A stretch of 64,000 bases of DNA from assembly GCF_000281045.1 (NCBI RefSeq), contig NW_008246079.1, positions 3,735 through 67,734 of the forward strand, written 5' to 3'. Source of the DNA: Saprolegnia diclina VS20 (taxonomy: Eukaryota). The position numbers and the translations under genes are program-made. Within the stretch, counting starts at the first letter, position 1. The number at the start of each line of letters is the position of its first letter. Shown in pieces: positions 32,504 through 43,170 of the stretch. The notes beneath the pieces were generated by a model, which was not told the DNA's origin, ran no database searches, and saw only the letters and a list, made by a program, of their open reading frames with translations.

Positions 32504-35500
32504 CTAGACGTGGACGTCGTCGTCGCCTGGTACAATCATGTTGATGTCGAAGGAAAGGCCAGTGTCGTGGTCGGCAAGGCAGTCGTCGTTGTCTTCGTTG
32601 GCCATCGGACAGTCCTGCTCGTCATCGTCGTCATCGTCGGATGGATTGTCCGACGGCATCGCAATCGCAAAGTTGATGGCGCCGAGCGTCGAGAGCACGG
32701 ACGGGTCGAGGCGCTCTGGCTGGTCGCGTATCGCCCAGACAAAGAAGCCGAGGGGCATGAGAAACGCGCCTTCGGGCCACCCGCCGCCACGCATCGGGAC
32801 GTGGAAGAGCAGTGGGACGCGCGAATCACTGTGGAGCGTCGTGTAGTGCTCAATGCACTGCAGGACGAGCACGGCCGAGTAGACGCGCTTGCCCGTCGAG
32901 AGAGGGGTGACGGCCGACGGCACCCAAAGCAGTGCCAGCGACTCGACGTACTTGGTCTCCATCTCGGCCAGCCACGATTCGCGCTTGGCGTCCAGCAGTA
33001 GCAAGTCGGTGCCCCAGAGATCGCGCGGCCACGGCGACGTCGCCGGCACCTCGAACGTCGTCGGCGGGTGCGTCGGGAACTCGGCTGCTAAGAGCGTCAT
33101 ACCTTCTGGAATCACGTCGAGCGGCACGTCGTCCCACTCGAAGCCGAGCGCGTCCAATTGCGCTAAAGCCGACGGCATGATACCGGTCGGCGTCAGCTGC
33201 CGCAGCCATGCGACGACCTGGCCGAGCGCCATGCCGTGCGCGGACGCCGGCCAGACGGCGACGGGCTGGATGACGAAGTCGCGCGGCACGTGCAAATGGT
33301 CAAAGAGGGCCTTGAAGGTCGCGAGCGCCTCAAGCTTGGCGAGCCAGCGCGCGTCGAGGTCGATGCCGCGGACGCGGAGCTCGAACCGGTGGTTCATGGT
33401 CGCAAACGTCTGCCCGATTTCAAGCGACAGCAAGCACGCGCCGACTGCGACGTCTGCGAGCTTCTCGGGGCACGCGGGCGAGACGTCGCCGAGGCGCGTG
33501 TACTCGGACGGCGGCGAGCGCAGTCGCATCCACAGATCGAGCGCTTGGAGGTGCGCGATCCATTGGCGGTGGGCGTCGTCGAAAAACACAAAGCCGAGCT
33601 CCGAGAGCTGGTCGCGCACGGGCGTCGGCATCGCGTCGTCGCTGCGCAGGCGCTGGGCGAACACACCGAGCTTGAGCTTCCACGTCATGGACGGCCACGT
33701 GCGGTCGTTCTCGGGCACGACGAACGTCGGCGGCACCTCCAAGTGCCCGTGCATCCGCTTGAACGCGCGAAGGGCTTCGACCGCGACGTTGTAGACCACC
33801 ATGGACGGGCGCGGCGCCGGCGACACGGGCACCGACCGGCTCGGCGTACTTGGCGTCGAACGAATGTGCGCGATGGGCGAGGGTGCGACCGGTGTTGCCG
33901 GGCTCGAGGCCGGTGCGGGTTGAAGGGCGTCGGCCGCCGCGACGCGAATGGCCTCGATCGTCGTTCGCGGCAGCAACAGCATGCGTTTGGCCGTCGTCAT
34001 GCACTCGACCCAGTGGCCGAGCCGCGCGCCGTGCAGGTCGCTGGGCCACTCGGCGTCAGATGGCACGACAAAATCGGACGGGACCGTCTTTCGGCCGTGG
34101 AGACGGTAAAAGATCCGGAGACCGTTCACAATGTGCGCCCACGTCGCCGTCGAGTTAAAGCGAAAGCCGATCGCGCGCAGCTTGGCGGTCTGGTCGGACT
34201 GGAGCTTGGTCGCGCGGAGGCCCACGAACCACGCGAGCTCGCCCAAGTGCACATGGTGCCACTGCGTCGGCCAGGCCAGCGTGGCGGGCACGACAAAGTC
34301 CAGCGGCACCGACGCCTCGCCGACAACGCGTCGGTAGGCGTCGACGAGCGACACAAAGCCGTCAAAGGGTGGCACGTCGGCCAAGAGACCTATGCTTCGC
34401 AGCAGCCTCTCCATGTCGGACGGGATCTCAAACCAGTGGTATCGCAGCGACGGCGGCACGAACGACAAGAGAATGTTGGCGGCGCCCGACGGCCACGCCT
34501 CGTCGCCGGCCGGCACAACAAAGTCGGTCGGGATCGCGTCGACGCGGCCGTAGAGGCGCTTGTACACGACAAGCGCTTCGATCTGAACCGACAAGTCGAT
34601 GGTGAGCACGACGCGCTCGCCGGACGACGGGTCTCGCACGACGCAGCGCGACGAGGGCGCGGCCGAGCGCCACGTCAGACCTATGGCGCGGAGATCGGCT
34701 TCTCTTGCGACGTCGTACATGCGCTTGTAGCTGCAGATCTTGGAGACGATGATGCCGAGGCGCATGCCGCGACAGCTCTCGGGCCACTGCCGCGTCTGAA
34801 CCGACGGCACGACAAAGTCCCGCGGCACTTCGGCGGCGCCGTGCAGTGCGCGGTAAATCGCAATCGCAAGCGCCTTCTGGTGCCAGTCGGCAACCTGCGG
34901 CGCCACGGCCGTTGTGGATGCGACTGCCATGGTTGGCGCGACTGCCGGGGTCGGCGGCCGTGGCAGCGGTCCTGACGGCGTCGGTTCCAGCACTTTGAGT
35001 TGTTGTCGAGGCGACGGCTCAATCGGAGGCCGCACTTGCGCCGCGTGTCCGAGTCGCGGTTGGGTCTGCAGCCACCGGATGCCTTCTGCAAGCGGGAAGC
35101 CGTGGCTGTGCTCCGGCCATGCAACGCCGGTCGTCGGAATCGTAAACGTCGGCGGGAGGCGCGCCGACCCGATTACGTCACGCAGCACTCGTCCCATCGC
35201 GCGCAGTCGCGCCTTGATGGATTCGACCTCGGCGGCCGTCTTGGGGGGGACCCACGGCAGAGCGCTGTTGTTCGTTGGTGGCGCCCAGAGTTCGCTGAGA
35301 GCCGCCGCGGTGGCGCGTGGCAGCAGCGACAGTCGGTGCGCGACGCGTGTGCGGTCCGACCAGTACCCGAGCCGGAGCCCCGCGAGGTCCGAGGGCCACG
35401 AAGCCGGCGCTACGAACGCGCTTGGCACGCGCAACGCGCCGTAGTTGTGCGCAAACTGCTGCAGCCCTCGGAGGATCCGCGCCCACGTTGCGTCCGCGTT

Positions 35501-38500
35501 AAAGTAAAACCCGGCTTCGTCCAGCAGCGTCAGCTGCTCCGCGTCCAGCGCTCGCGCCTTCAAGCCGACCGACCACGCGAGGTCCCCGAGCGCAAGGCCA
35601 CGCCACGCCTCGATCCACGGCCCGCCCGACGCCGGCACGACAAAGTCCCGGGCGATGGCGCCCGAGCCAAACTCGGCGCGGTACGTCTTGACGAGCTCCA
35701 CAAACGTCTTGAAGTCCGGAATGTCAACGACGATGCCCGCGGAGCGCACCCACTGGGACTGGCTGTCTGTGAGCTCGTACATGTGGGCGCGGAGCGACGG
35801 AATCACGTACTCGAGCACGACACCGCGCGCCGCGGCCGGCCATGCGTCGTCATCGTCGGACGGCACGACAAACCCGGCCGGGATCTTGAGATGGCCGTGG
35901 AGCCGCTTGAAGGTCACGACCGCCGAGATTAGCGGGTCCCAGCGCATGTTGCGGGCATGCATCTTGCCAGAGTCAGCGGACTGCAGGACGGCGCGCGTCA
36001 CCCCCCGCGTCGTGCGCCAGAGGAACCCGAGAGCGTCGAGCATGCGCTGGCGCTCGGGAGGCACCACAACGCTCGAGTAGCGCAGCTGCGTGACGAGGAT
36101 GCCGAGTGAGAGTCCGTGGAGGTGCGGCGGGTACGGCGCTGCTGCCGGGACGCGGTACGAGGTCGGCACGGCCAAGTCCCCGTGCTCCAACCGGTACAGA
36201 ATCATAGCCTCGATCTTGTGATCCCACGGTCGCTGCGGTCGCGGACCGGCTTTGCCCGACATTTCCGAGCCTTCGGTCTCGTTCGGGTCGAGCTTGACGC
36301 TACCCTCGCCGTCGCTCCCGTCGTCGTCAGCCGCGCTTACAGGCGCCGATGCTTGCGTCCAGTCAAACCCAAGGGCCTCCAGCGCCGCCTTGTACACGGG
36401 GTCGATCCACGGCTGCGTCCGGAGAGCGCAGAGGATAGCGCCGAGCTGGAGGCCGCGTCGCTCGAGGTCAGTCGCCTCGGGTGGCACCACATAGTCTTGC
36501 GGCACCTTGACGTCGCCAAACTCGGCGCGGTACGTCGTGAGCGCCGAGAGCACGTGGGCCCACAGTGCAGCCGCGTTCTGTGCTTCATCGTCGGTCGGGT
36601 GGCGGCTCTCGAGGCGCTCGATCTCTTGCTGAACGGACGCTGGCAGTTGCCGGAGCTCACGGATGCGCTGGAGGCGGCGATGCCAGCGGCCAAGCTGCAG
36701 TCCACAAATGTCCGTGGGCCACGCTTGGTCGTCCGTCGGCACGACAAAGCTCTCGTCGACGTCGACGCTTCCATGAATGGCCTTGTGTGCATGCAGCGCT
36801 CGCAGAATGCGCGCGTAGGTCGTCGGAGTGTTGAAGACAAAACCCGTCGCGGCAAGCTCCTCCTCGGCGCCGAACGCGAGCCCCGCGGCCCGCAGCCCGA
36901 CGCCAAATGCAAGCTCGCCGAGGCAGAGCCCGTCCCATCGTGCGGGCCAGTCGGGCGAAGCAGGCACTTGAAAGTCGAGGCCGACGCTGCCATGGCCAAA
37001 CTGGGCTCGAAAGACGCGGAGGAGATCGAGGAGTTCAGCCCAGGGCGGGAGGTCCTTGCAGAGCCCGAGCCCGTGGACGACCACTTGCTGCTCGACGTCT
37101 AGGTCGTAAAAGTGGTGCGGGAGGCGCCGGAGCATCTCGCGCACGACGATGCCACTCGCCTTGCGCGACCACGGCGGCGAATCGTCTGGTACAGTGAATC
37201 CAACGGGCACGTCGACATGGCCGTAGAGCGAGTGAAAGGTGCTGAGCGTTTCCACGAGGTCGACCAGCGGCACCGACTTGGTGCAGCCGACGCCGGGCAG
37301 CCGCGTCGCCCGGTGTTTGCTGACCCAAATGAACCCGAGGTCGTCGAGGTCGGCGATGCGGTGGGCGCGCTGGAGGTGGAGCGCGCCCCGGAACGCTGTG
37401 ATGTACGCGCCGAGCGTCATGCCACGCAGGTGCCGCGGCCACTGACGGTCGTGCTCGCCGACGGTAAACCCCTGCGGGACAAACAAATGCCCATAAATGG
37501 AGCGGTACGTAATGAGCGCGTCGACCTTGTCGGCCCACAAGACGCGGAGGCGCTGCAGGCGGCCCTCGTCGGCGTCCACTCGCTTGCGCTTGAGCGAGAG
37601 GAGGTTACTCAAAGAGGCCGGCGGTTCGTTCGGCGTGCGTGGCCGCATCGGCGGGTTGACCAAAAGCAGCTTCTTTGCTTGCCAGAACCGTCGCGCAAAG
37701 TGGCCGAGGCGCACGCCCCTCAGCGAGGCGTCCCACTCGTCTGTGTGCGGCACGACAAAGTCGGCGGGTACCGGGTTGGCGCCGTCGACGATGGTTTCGT
37801 ACGCGGCGATGCCTCGCTCGATGGACGCCCACGTCTCGGGCGATTGAAAAAGCAGCTGAGAGTAGTCGAGTTTGAACCGCTTGTCCCGCGGCAGCAGCTC
37901 GCGCTTGATGCCGAGGAACCACACGAGCTCGCCAAGGCCGAGGCCATGGAACTCGGTCGGCCACGCGTCGGTGGCGGGCACGAGATACTCTATCGGCACG
38001 GTCTGGCGCTTGACGTTGGTCTTGTAGAGCGTCAGGAGGCGCCGGACGTCGCTCCACTGCGGCAAATCGGTGCAGAGCGAGAGCCGGTGCACGGTCGCCA
38101 CCTCGTCGACGCCCAGATCGTAAAAGAAGCAGCGAAGCGTCTGCGGCGCGTACCACAGCATGGCGTTGGCCGCGTCCGCCGGCCACGCGTCTGACTTTTC
38201 GGGCACAATAAAGCCCTGCGGGATCTCCAAGTGCCCGTGGCGGTCGTGGTACGTCTGGAGCGCGGCGACGAGCGCCGAGAGATCGAGCTTCTGGATGCGC
38301 GGCTTGCCAAAGACGCTGACGACCGCGCGCTCAATGCCCTCGGTCGGCGCCCACACAAAGCCGATGGCCTCAAGCTGCTCGAAGCGGTCCGGGTCCTGCA
38401 TCTTGATCGCGTTGCGGGCGTTGGCCGAGATCATGCCCAGCGGGAGGCCATGCAGGTACGCCGGCCAGGGCTCGGTAGCGGGCACGCGGTAGCCCGAGGG

Positions 38501-38575
38501 CACGCGGCAGTGGCCGTAGACAGAGCGGAAGGTCGCGAAGGCTTGCACCTTGTGCTCCCACGGCGTCTCGATCAT
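32504..38575 (-). CDS. Giant intronless HA-repeat protein (2023 aa, about 20 repeats)
   Basis: Recurrent HG…VP..F.VP….WP….G..LG…L..LGF.W units organised as four 4-repeat cassettes plus singles. No helicase motifs seen. Confidence 0.88.
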   Translation of the reverse strand: MIETPWEHKVQAFATFRSVYGHCRVPSGYRVPATEPWPAYLHGLPLGMISANARNAIKMQDPDRFEQLEAIGFVWAPTEGIERAVVSVFGKPRIQKLDLSALVAALQTYHDRHGHLEIPQGFIVPEKSDAWPADAANAMLWYAPQTLRCFFYDLGVDEVATVHRLSLCTDLPQWSDVRRLLTLYKTNVKRQTVPIEYLVPATDAWPTEFHGLGLGELVWFLGIKRELLPRDKRFKLDYSQLLFQSPETWASIERGIAAYETIVDGANPVPADFVVPHTDEWDASLRGVRLGHFARRFWQAKKLLLVNPPMRPRTPNEPPASLSNLLSLKRKRVDADEGRLQRLRVLWADKVDALITYRSIYGHLFVPQGFTVGEHDRQWPRHLRGMTLGAYITAFRGALHLQRAHRIADLDDLGFIWVSKHRATRLPGVGCTKSVPLVDLVETLSTFHSLYGHVDVPVGFTVPDDSPPWSRKASGIVVREMLRRLPHHFYDLDVEQQVVVHGLGLCKDLPPWAELLDLLRVFRAQFGHGSVGLDFQVPASPDWPARWDGLCLGELAFGVGLRAAGLAFGAEEELAATGFVFNTPTTYARILRALHAHKAIHGSVDVDESFVVPTDDQAWPTDICGLQLGRWHRRLQRIRELRQLPASVQQEIERLESRHPTDDEAQNAAALWAHVLSALTTYRAEFGDVKVPQDYVVPPEATDLERRGLQLGAILCALRTQPWIDPVYKAALEALGFDWTQASAPVSAADDDGSDGEGSVKLDPNETEGSEMSGKAGPRPQRPWDHKIEAMILYRLEHGDLAVPTSYRVPAAAPYPPHLHGLSLGILVTQLRYSSVVVPPERQRMLDALGFLWRTTRGVTRAVLQSADSGKMHARNMRWDPLISAVVTFKRLHGHLKIPAGFVVPSDDDDAWPAAARGVVLEYVIPSLRAHMYELTDSQSQWVRSAGIVVDIPDFKTFVELVKTYRAEFGSGAIARDFVVPASGGPWIEAWRGLALGDLAWSVGLKARALDAEQLTLLDEAGFYFNADATWARILRGLQQFAHNYGALRVPSAFVAPASWPSDLAGLRLGYWSDRTRVAHRLSLLPRATAAALSELWAPPTNNSALPWVPPKTAAEVESIKARLRAMGRVLRDVIGSARLPPTFTIPTTGVAWPEHSHGFPLAEGIRWLQTQPRLGHAAQVRPPIEPSPRQQLKVLEPTPSGPLPRPPTPAVAPTMAVASTTAVAPQVADWHQKALAIAIYRALHGAAEVPRDFVVPSVQTRQWPESCRGMRLGIIVSKICSYKRMYDVAREADLRAIGLTWRSAAPSSRCVVRDPSSGERVVLTIDLSVQIEALVVYKRLYGRVDAIPTDFVVPAGDEAWPSGAANILLSFVPPSLRYHWFEIPSDMERLLRSIGLLADVPPFDGFVSLVDAYRRVVGEASVPLDFVVPATLAWPTQWHHVHLGELAWFVGLRATKLQSDQTAKLRAIGFRFNSTATWAHIVNGLRIFYRLHGRKTVPSDFVVPSDAEWPSDLHGARLGHWVECMTTAKRMLLLPRTTIEAIRVAAADALQPAPASSPATPVAPSPIAHIRSTPSTPSRSVPVSPAPRPSMVVYNVAVEALRAFKRMHGHLEVPPTFVVPENDRTWPSMTWKLKLGVFAQRLRSDDAMPTPVRDQLSELGFVFFDDAHRQWIAHLQALDLWMRLRSPPSEYTRLGDVSPACPEKLADVAVGACLLSLEIGQTFATMNHRFELRVRGIDLDARWLAKLEALATFKALFDHLHVPRDFVIQPVAVWPASAHGMALGQVVAWLRQLTPTGIMPSALAQLDALGFEWDDVPLDVIPEGMTLLAAEFPTHPPTTFEVPATSPWPRDLWGTDLLLLDAKRESWLAEMETKYVESLALLWVPSAVTPLSTGKRVYSAVLVLQCIEHYTTLHSDSRVPLLFHVPMRGGGWPEGAFLMPLGFFVWAIRDQPERLDPSVLSTLGAINFAIAMPSDNPSDDDDDDEQDCPMANEDNDDCLADHDTGLSFDINMIVPGDDDVHV

Positions 38576-39262
38576 CGGTGCTTATGCCAACTGCACCGCG
38601 CCGTCGTCACGACCACGTGCAACAGGACCACCTGGTATTCATTTCGACGGATATCATTACAGTAGCCAAGTGTAGGCCGCAGAAGTTCATAAGCTTTGTC
38701 GTCGTTGTCTGGTCGTGCACCAATCACTGACGGCGACGACCATCGACACCATTAGCTGCCAAGGCGGCGACCGCCCAGCACCAGTCGTTTTGCCGACTCG
38801 TTAACGGTTAAAGCAGCGTGTTTCTAGACACTGCCAGCACCACTGACTCCAAGTCGACACACGATTTCACACTATTTCACGTAGCAGCAAGAACTAGCGA
38901 CATTGAGGTGGAAGGGTCCTGTCGTCGTGGCCAAACGATGATAGAAGGAAGCGTGTATATATTTATATTAGACTTTTGCACGGGATACTCTAAACTATTG
39001 CACGGGATGCCCTACAGCTGGAGGTGGCATATGCGTATCGAACCGTTCGTATTGGAGTGGCAGGGGTACGTGATTACCTCTGTCGGTCGGTCACAGTACT
39101 TGGCGCTAATGACGTGGCGCTCTGTGGTGGCATCGTGGAATGGTATGGACGAATATGGTCCAAAATTCGAGTGGAAGCCATTCCGAGTATCTACCAGTAT
39201 ATATATGTGCTTCTCGGTACAACGACGCCCAATCACTATTTTGTTTCATTGTGGGGTTACGT

Positions 39263-42200
39263 CTACGGCTTGAGAGCGACCAAGGCGGCCCGCCGAGCCC
39301 TGGACAGCCGTATGTGGCCGTTGTTGAGCTGCTGCACCAAGTGGCCAAGCGGCAGCGCCGAGCCCGTCATGTAGTCGAACGGGACGTTCAAATGCCCATA
39401 GTAGTCGCGAAACTGGTAGAGGGCTTCGAGAAAAGCGCTCCACTCGGCCGGCTCTTCGAGGCAGAACACTGGAACCGGACGCAAGTCCCAGATCTCACCG
39501 GGAGACGACGCTAAGATCGTAGTGGCGCGTGCCGGCTCGTGGCGGGCCGTGAGGTCGACCGTGTTCTCGTTCTGGGTACCCTCGTCCGTGTCCCACTTGA
39601 AGCCGAGCGCGTCGAGCTGTGCGACGGCCCATTCGACGACACCCGCCCGGCCCAGCTTGCGCAGCCACGAGACGGCGTCACCGAGAGGAAAGCTGTGCAT
39701 CGCTGGCGGCCAGACGTCGGAGGCTTCGATGACGAACGACCGCGGCACTCGCAAATGGTTGTAAATGGCCTTGAACGTCGCGAGCGCTTCGAGCTTGGAG
39801 CGCCAGCGCGCATCAAGGTCGATGCCGCGGGCGAGGAGTTGCGGCCTGTGGTGTGTGTTCTCGAACACTTGGCCAACCTCGAGCCGGAGGAGACACGCCC
39901 AGATGGGCAGACCTCGCAGCACCGGAGGGCAGGCGGGCGTCACGGCACCGAGGACCGTCGACTCGCAACGAGTCCGCGTGCTTTGCAGCCACATATCCAA
40001 GAGACCCAGGTACATGCTCAGACGCCGCGCCTCCACAGTCTTCGCTGGAATTAGAGCTGACGATGGAATCGAAGCTGGCGACGACGCAACGACGTCACGG
40101 GACGGTGTCACGACCGTGTCACTGGGCAACGTCTTCGCTGGAATTAGAGCTGTCAGAGCTGGCGACGACGCAACGACGTCACTGGACGGTGTAACGACCG
40201 TGTCACTGGGCAACACATCGGGTGTCCGAGTTGGCGGCGACAAGGCGCGGTGGTCCTCAGTATCGTCCCTGGGATCGTCCGTTGTGAGCGCATCGATGGC
40301 CGCGACGGTCTCTGCCGGCAAGAACCGAAATCCCCGCGCCTTTGTGATCACGTCGACCCAGTGCCCGAGCCGGAGACCGTGAACTTCCGTGGGCCACTCG
40401 GGTGACGCTGGTACGACAAACAAATTTGGTACCGCCGTCGAGCCATGCAGCTTGTAGTACTCTCGCCAGCCGCGGACGATGCGCGCCCAGGTCGCCGGCG
40501 AGTTGAAGACGTAGCCGGTGGCCTTGAGCCGCGCGCGCCGCACCTTGTCCAGTCCATGGGCCTTGAGTCCGAGCGTCCACGCGAGGTCGCCGAGCGCCAG
40601 ACCCCGCCAGTCGTCGGGCCACTCGTCGCCCGTGGATGGCACCGCAAAGTCGCGACGGACCGCACCGGTGCGATACACTTGGCGGTAGATCGCCACGAGG
40701 CGTAAGAGCGTATCAAAGTTGGGCAGGTCCGTGACGATACCGGCAGCGTGCACGCGCTCAGCGTCGGCATCCGAGAGCTCGTACAACTGCGCCCGAAGCA
40801 ATGGAATGACGCAGTTGAGCACGACATGGTGCGCGGCGGTGGGCCACGCGGCGTCGTCGGGTACAACAAAGCCATCGGGGACGTCGAGATGCCCGTGGAG
40901 GCGCTGGAACGTCACCAGCGCCTCGATGAGCGCGTCAAATGCCACTGGCCGAATCTGAATGTCGGGGTCGTTCGGCAAAAGGACACGACAGCGCGAGCCG
41001 GAGCCCCGGACGCGCCAGAGAAACCCGATCGTGTCGAGGTCGCGGAGCCGGTCGGGCCGTAGCCGCTTGGACCCGTGGCGTAAGCGGCTCACAACCTTGC
41101 CCAGCGGCAAACCGTGTAAATGAGCCGGGTACGGAGCTGTCGCCGGGACGATCAGCGTCGAGGGAACGGCGAGGTGTCGGTGCTCGTCTCGGAAAATGAC
41201 GAGCGCCTCGAGTTTGTCTTCCCACGACCACTGGCGATTGCCCCGGGGCCGGTCGGTGGTTGCAGAAGACGGACCGATGTCGACAGACGACACACGGGCA
41301 ACGCCACTGCAGCCATCTTCAACAACGTACGTTGCCTTGATGAGGTGGCGCTTGAGCCCGAGTTTCTCGAGCACCGCGATGCGGTCGGCGTGCAGCGACG
41401 ACGACTCGCGCAGCAAGGTGGCGACGGCGCCCAGCTGGAGTCCAAGGCAGCCGGAGGGCCATAGAGAGGACGCCATTGGGACGCAAAAGTCCTTTGGAAC
41501 ATCGACGTGCCCGTGGATGATCTGGTACGTCTCGAAGCCCAGCAGAGTCGACTCCCAGAGCGGCGCAGCGTCGCACAACGGCGACCCTTGGTTGAGGCCC
41601 TCGACGTCTTGCTGCGTCACTGGTGGCAGTAGACGCAGCACGGACGCGCGCGCGACGAGACCAAACAAGTGGCCGAGGCGCATGCCACAGAGGACAGTGG
41701 GCCACGCGGGCGCGTTGGGGACGACGAACGTTGCGGGAACATTCGTGCTTCCATGCATGTACTGGTAGTGGCGAAGGCCGTCGACGACCCGCGACCACGT
41801 AGCATGCGCGTTGAAGTCGATCTTGAAGCTGTCGAGCTGAAAGCGCTTTTCGCGGGGCAGCGCCTCGCGCTTCCGGCCGAGGTACCAGGCGAGCTTGCCG
41901 AGCGCACGGCCAGTAAACTCGGCCGGCCACCCTTCGCTCGAGGGCACTTCAAAGTCGATCGGAATCGCGTTGCTGCCAGTGAGCGTCTTGTAGAATGCCA
42001 GCAGCTTGAGAACGTCTGGCCACTTGAGGAGGTACGTGCAGAGGCCGAGCCCGTGCACGACGCTGGCGTCGTTCGCTGCGAGCTCGTAAAAGTGGCTCAT
42101 GAGCGTCTGCGGCGTGAAATAGAGCAAGAGATTGGCTCCTGCGCTCGGCCATGCGTTGTCGTTGGTGGGCACGACAAAGTCCTGGGGGACCTCGAGGTCG

Positions 42201-42550
42201 CCATGGAGCGCGTGGTAGGCATGGAGCGCGGCCACGAGCACCGACAGATCGGTGGTCTGCAAGCAGCGCACGCCGTCAACGACGAAGAGCGTCCGATACA
42301 CGATGCGACTTAGTGACCAGACAAAGCCGAGCGCTTCAAGCAGTGCAAACCTGTCGGGCGAGAAGGACTTGGCCGAGATGCGCAGGGCGAGGGCAATTTG
42401 GCCGAGATGAAGGCCGTGCAGGCGCGCCGGCCACGGCGCCGACGCCGGGACCTTGTACTCTGCTGGGACGCGGCAGTGGCCATGGACGGCGCGGAAGGTC
42501 GCGAGCGCCGTCACCTTGTCCTCCCACGAGGTCCGCCGGCGCGACGCCAT
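39263..42550 (-). CDS. Large intronless HA-repeat protein (about 1095 aa), tandem paralog
   Basis: Likely start MASRRRTSWEDK. Two 4-repeat cassettes plus singles, and the same RGIDLDARW..KLEALATFKA C-terminal unit as the 2023-aa protein. Confidence 0.88.
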   Translation of the reverse strand: MASRRRTSWEDKVTALATFRAVHGHCRVPAEYKVPASAPWPARLHGLHLGQIALALRISAKSFSPDRFALLEALGFVWSLSRIVYRTLFVVDGVRCLQTTDLSVLVAALHAYHALHGDLEVPQDFVVPTNDNAWPSAGANLLLYFTPQTLMSHFYELAANDASVVHGLGLCTYLLKWPDVLKLLAFYKTLTGSNAIPIDFEVPSSEGWPAEFTGRALGKLAWYLGRKREALPREKRFQLDSFKIDFNAHATWSRVVDGLRHYQYMHGSTNVPATFVVPNAPAWPTVLCGMRLGHLFGLVARASVLRLLPPVTQQDVEGLNQGSPLCDAAPLWESTLLGFETYQIIHGHVDVPKDFCVPMASSLWPSGCLGLQLGAVATLLRESSSLHADRIAVLEKLGLKRHLIKATYVVEDGCSGVARVSSVDIGPSSATTDRPRGNRQWSWEDKLEALVIFRDEHRHLAVPSTLIVPATAPYPAHLHGLPLGKVVSRLRHGSKRLRPDRLRDLDTIGFLWRVRGSGSRCRVLLPNDPDIQIRPVAFDALIEALVTFQRLHGHLDVPDGFVVPDDAAWPTAAHHVVLNCVIPLLRAQLYELSDADAERVHAAGIVTDLPNFDTLLRLVAIYRQVYRTGAVRRDFAVPSTGDEWPDDWRGLALGDLAWTLGLKAHGLDKVRRARLKATGYVFNSPATWARIVRGWREYYKLHGSTAVPNLFVVPASPEWPTEVHGLRLGHWVDVITKARGFRFLPAETVAAIDALTTDDPRDDTEDHRALSPPTRTPDVLPSDTVVTPSSDVVASSPALTALIPAKTLPSDTVVTPSRDVVASSPASIPSSALIPAKTVEARRLSMYLGLLDMWLQSTRTRCESTVLGAVTPACPPVLRGLPIWACLLRLEVGQVFENTHHRPQLLARGIDLDARWRSKLEALATFKAIYNHLRVPRSFVIEASDVWPPAMHSFPLGDAVSWLRKLGRAGVVEWAVAQLDALGFKWDTDEGTQNENTVDLTARHEPARATTILASSPGEIWDLRPVPVFCLEEPAEWSAFLEALYQFRDYYGHLNVPFDYMTGSALPLGHLVQQLNNGHIRLSRARRAALVALKP
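40038..40214. repeat. In-frame tandem duplication (93 bp + 84 bp) in the HA-protein linker
   Basis: GTCTTCGCTGGAATTAGAGCTG…GTGTCACTGGGCAAC occurs twice, encoding LPSDTVVTPS.DVVASSPA…ALIPAKT twice. Confidence 0.93.
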
Positions 42551-42899
42551 CGTCGATTGGGCTTGCTTGGCGTCGTCCAATTGGATCGCAGGAAATAGAT
42601 AATATAGAAAGGCGAAAAAAGCAATAGTTAACAGAAACCAGCATCCCACCACCGGAACGCTGCCAGCCCATTTAGAATGGCTGGCCACTCGGTAGCGGTC
42701 TCGAGGCAGACAACCGAGCGAAGGTCGATGGCCCAGAGGTCGGTCTTGGGTCGCGCAGCTGAGGCGACTCTAGTTGGCTCGAGACTGCAACGCACAGTCG
42801 CATGGTCGGTGGTCTCGTCCAGTGAGGTCACGGACGCGCATTCGACTTTAGCAGCATCGTGTGCATCTCCAACGTCCTTGTCCTTGCGAGCTGCCTTAA

Positions 42900-43170
42900 C
42901 TACGTCCTCATCCACAGAGCTACGACCTCGCCTTTCGACTCGAAATCGAGCGCGTCAGCCTCGGCAACGCGAGCCGGCGTCAGTCGCCGCCACCAAGCAA
43001 CAACGTCGGCAAGGAAGACCCTGTGCGACGACCGGCGTCTCGGGGTCTCGGGGACGTTTCTGCGCTCGTGGACCGCCTGGAAGCTCAAAAGCGCTTCCAG
43101 TTTGGTTCTCCATCGCGCCTTGGTGTTCCGACCTGCGGCGGTGAAGCGCGGCTGCTGAGGGTCAACGCAG
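42900..43170 (-). pseudogene. Degenerate fragment of the HA-protein C-terminal unit
   Basis: KARWRTKLEALLSFQAVH…VP…LADVVAWWRRLTP…DALDFE matches DARWRSKLEALATFKAIY…VP…LGDAVSWLRKL…DALGFK with an internal deletion and no plausible start. Confidence 0.7.

Noticed and set aside
32389..32535. Spliced or frameshift fusion of the giant HA protein to the Gag-like ORF
   Set aside because: The Gag frame is open back into the HA 3' end, but the acceptors I tested for the GTACCA donor do not land in the Gag frame, and no slippery site is evident.
33236..34975. Long plus-strand ORFs opposite real genes (e.g. 33236..34975, 37112..38194) and minus-strand ones such as 17139..18278 and 60719..62506
   Set aside because: Antisense shadows of GC-rich coding sequence with Arg/Gly/Val-biased, motif-free translations.
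38620..39260. Short ORFs between the two HA genes
   Set aside because: Lower GC, atypical codon use and no motifs; treated as intergenic.
42551..42688. Hydrophobic N-terminal extension of the 1141-aa ORF as a signal or TM segment
   Set aside because: It is encoded by AT-rich promoter-like DNA with a CCAAT box, and the paralog starts a few residues before the first repeat, matching ATG 42550.
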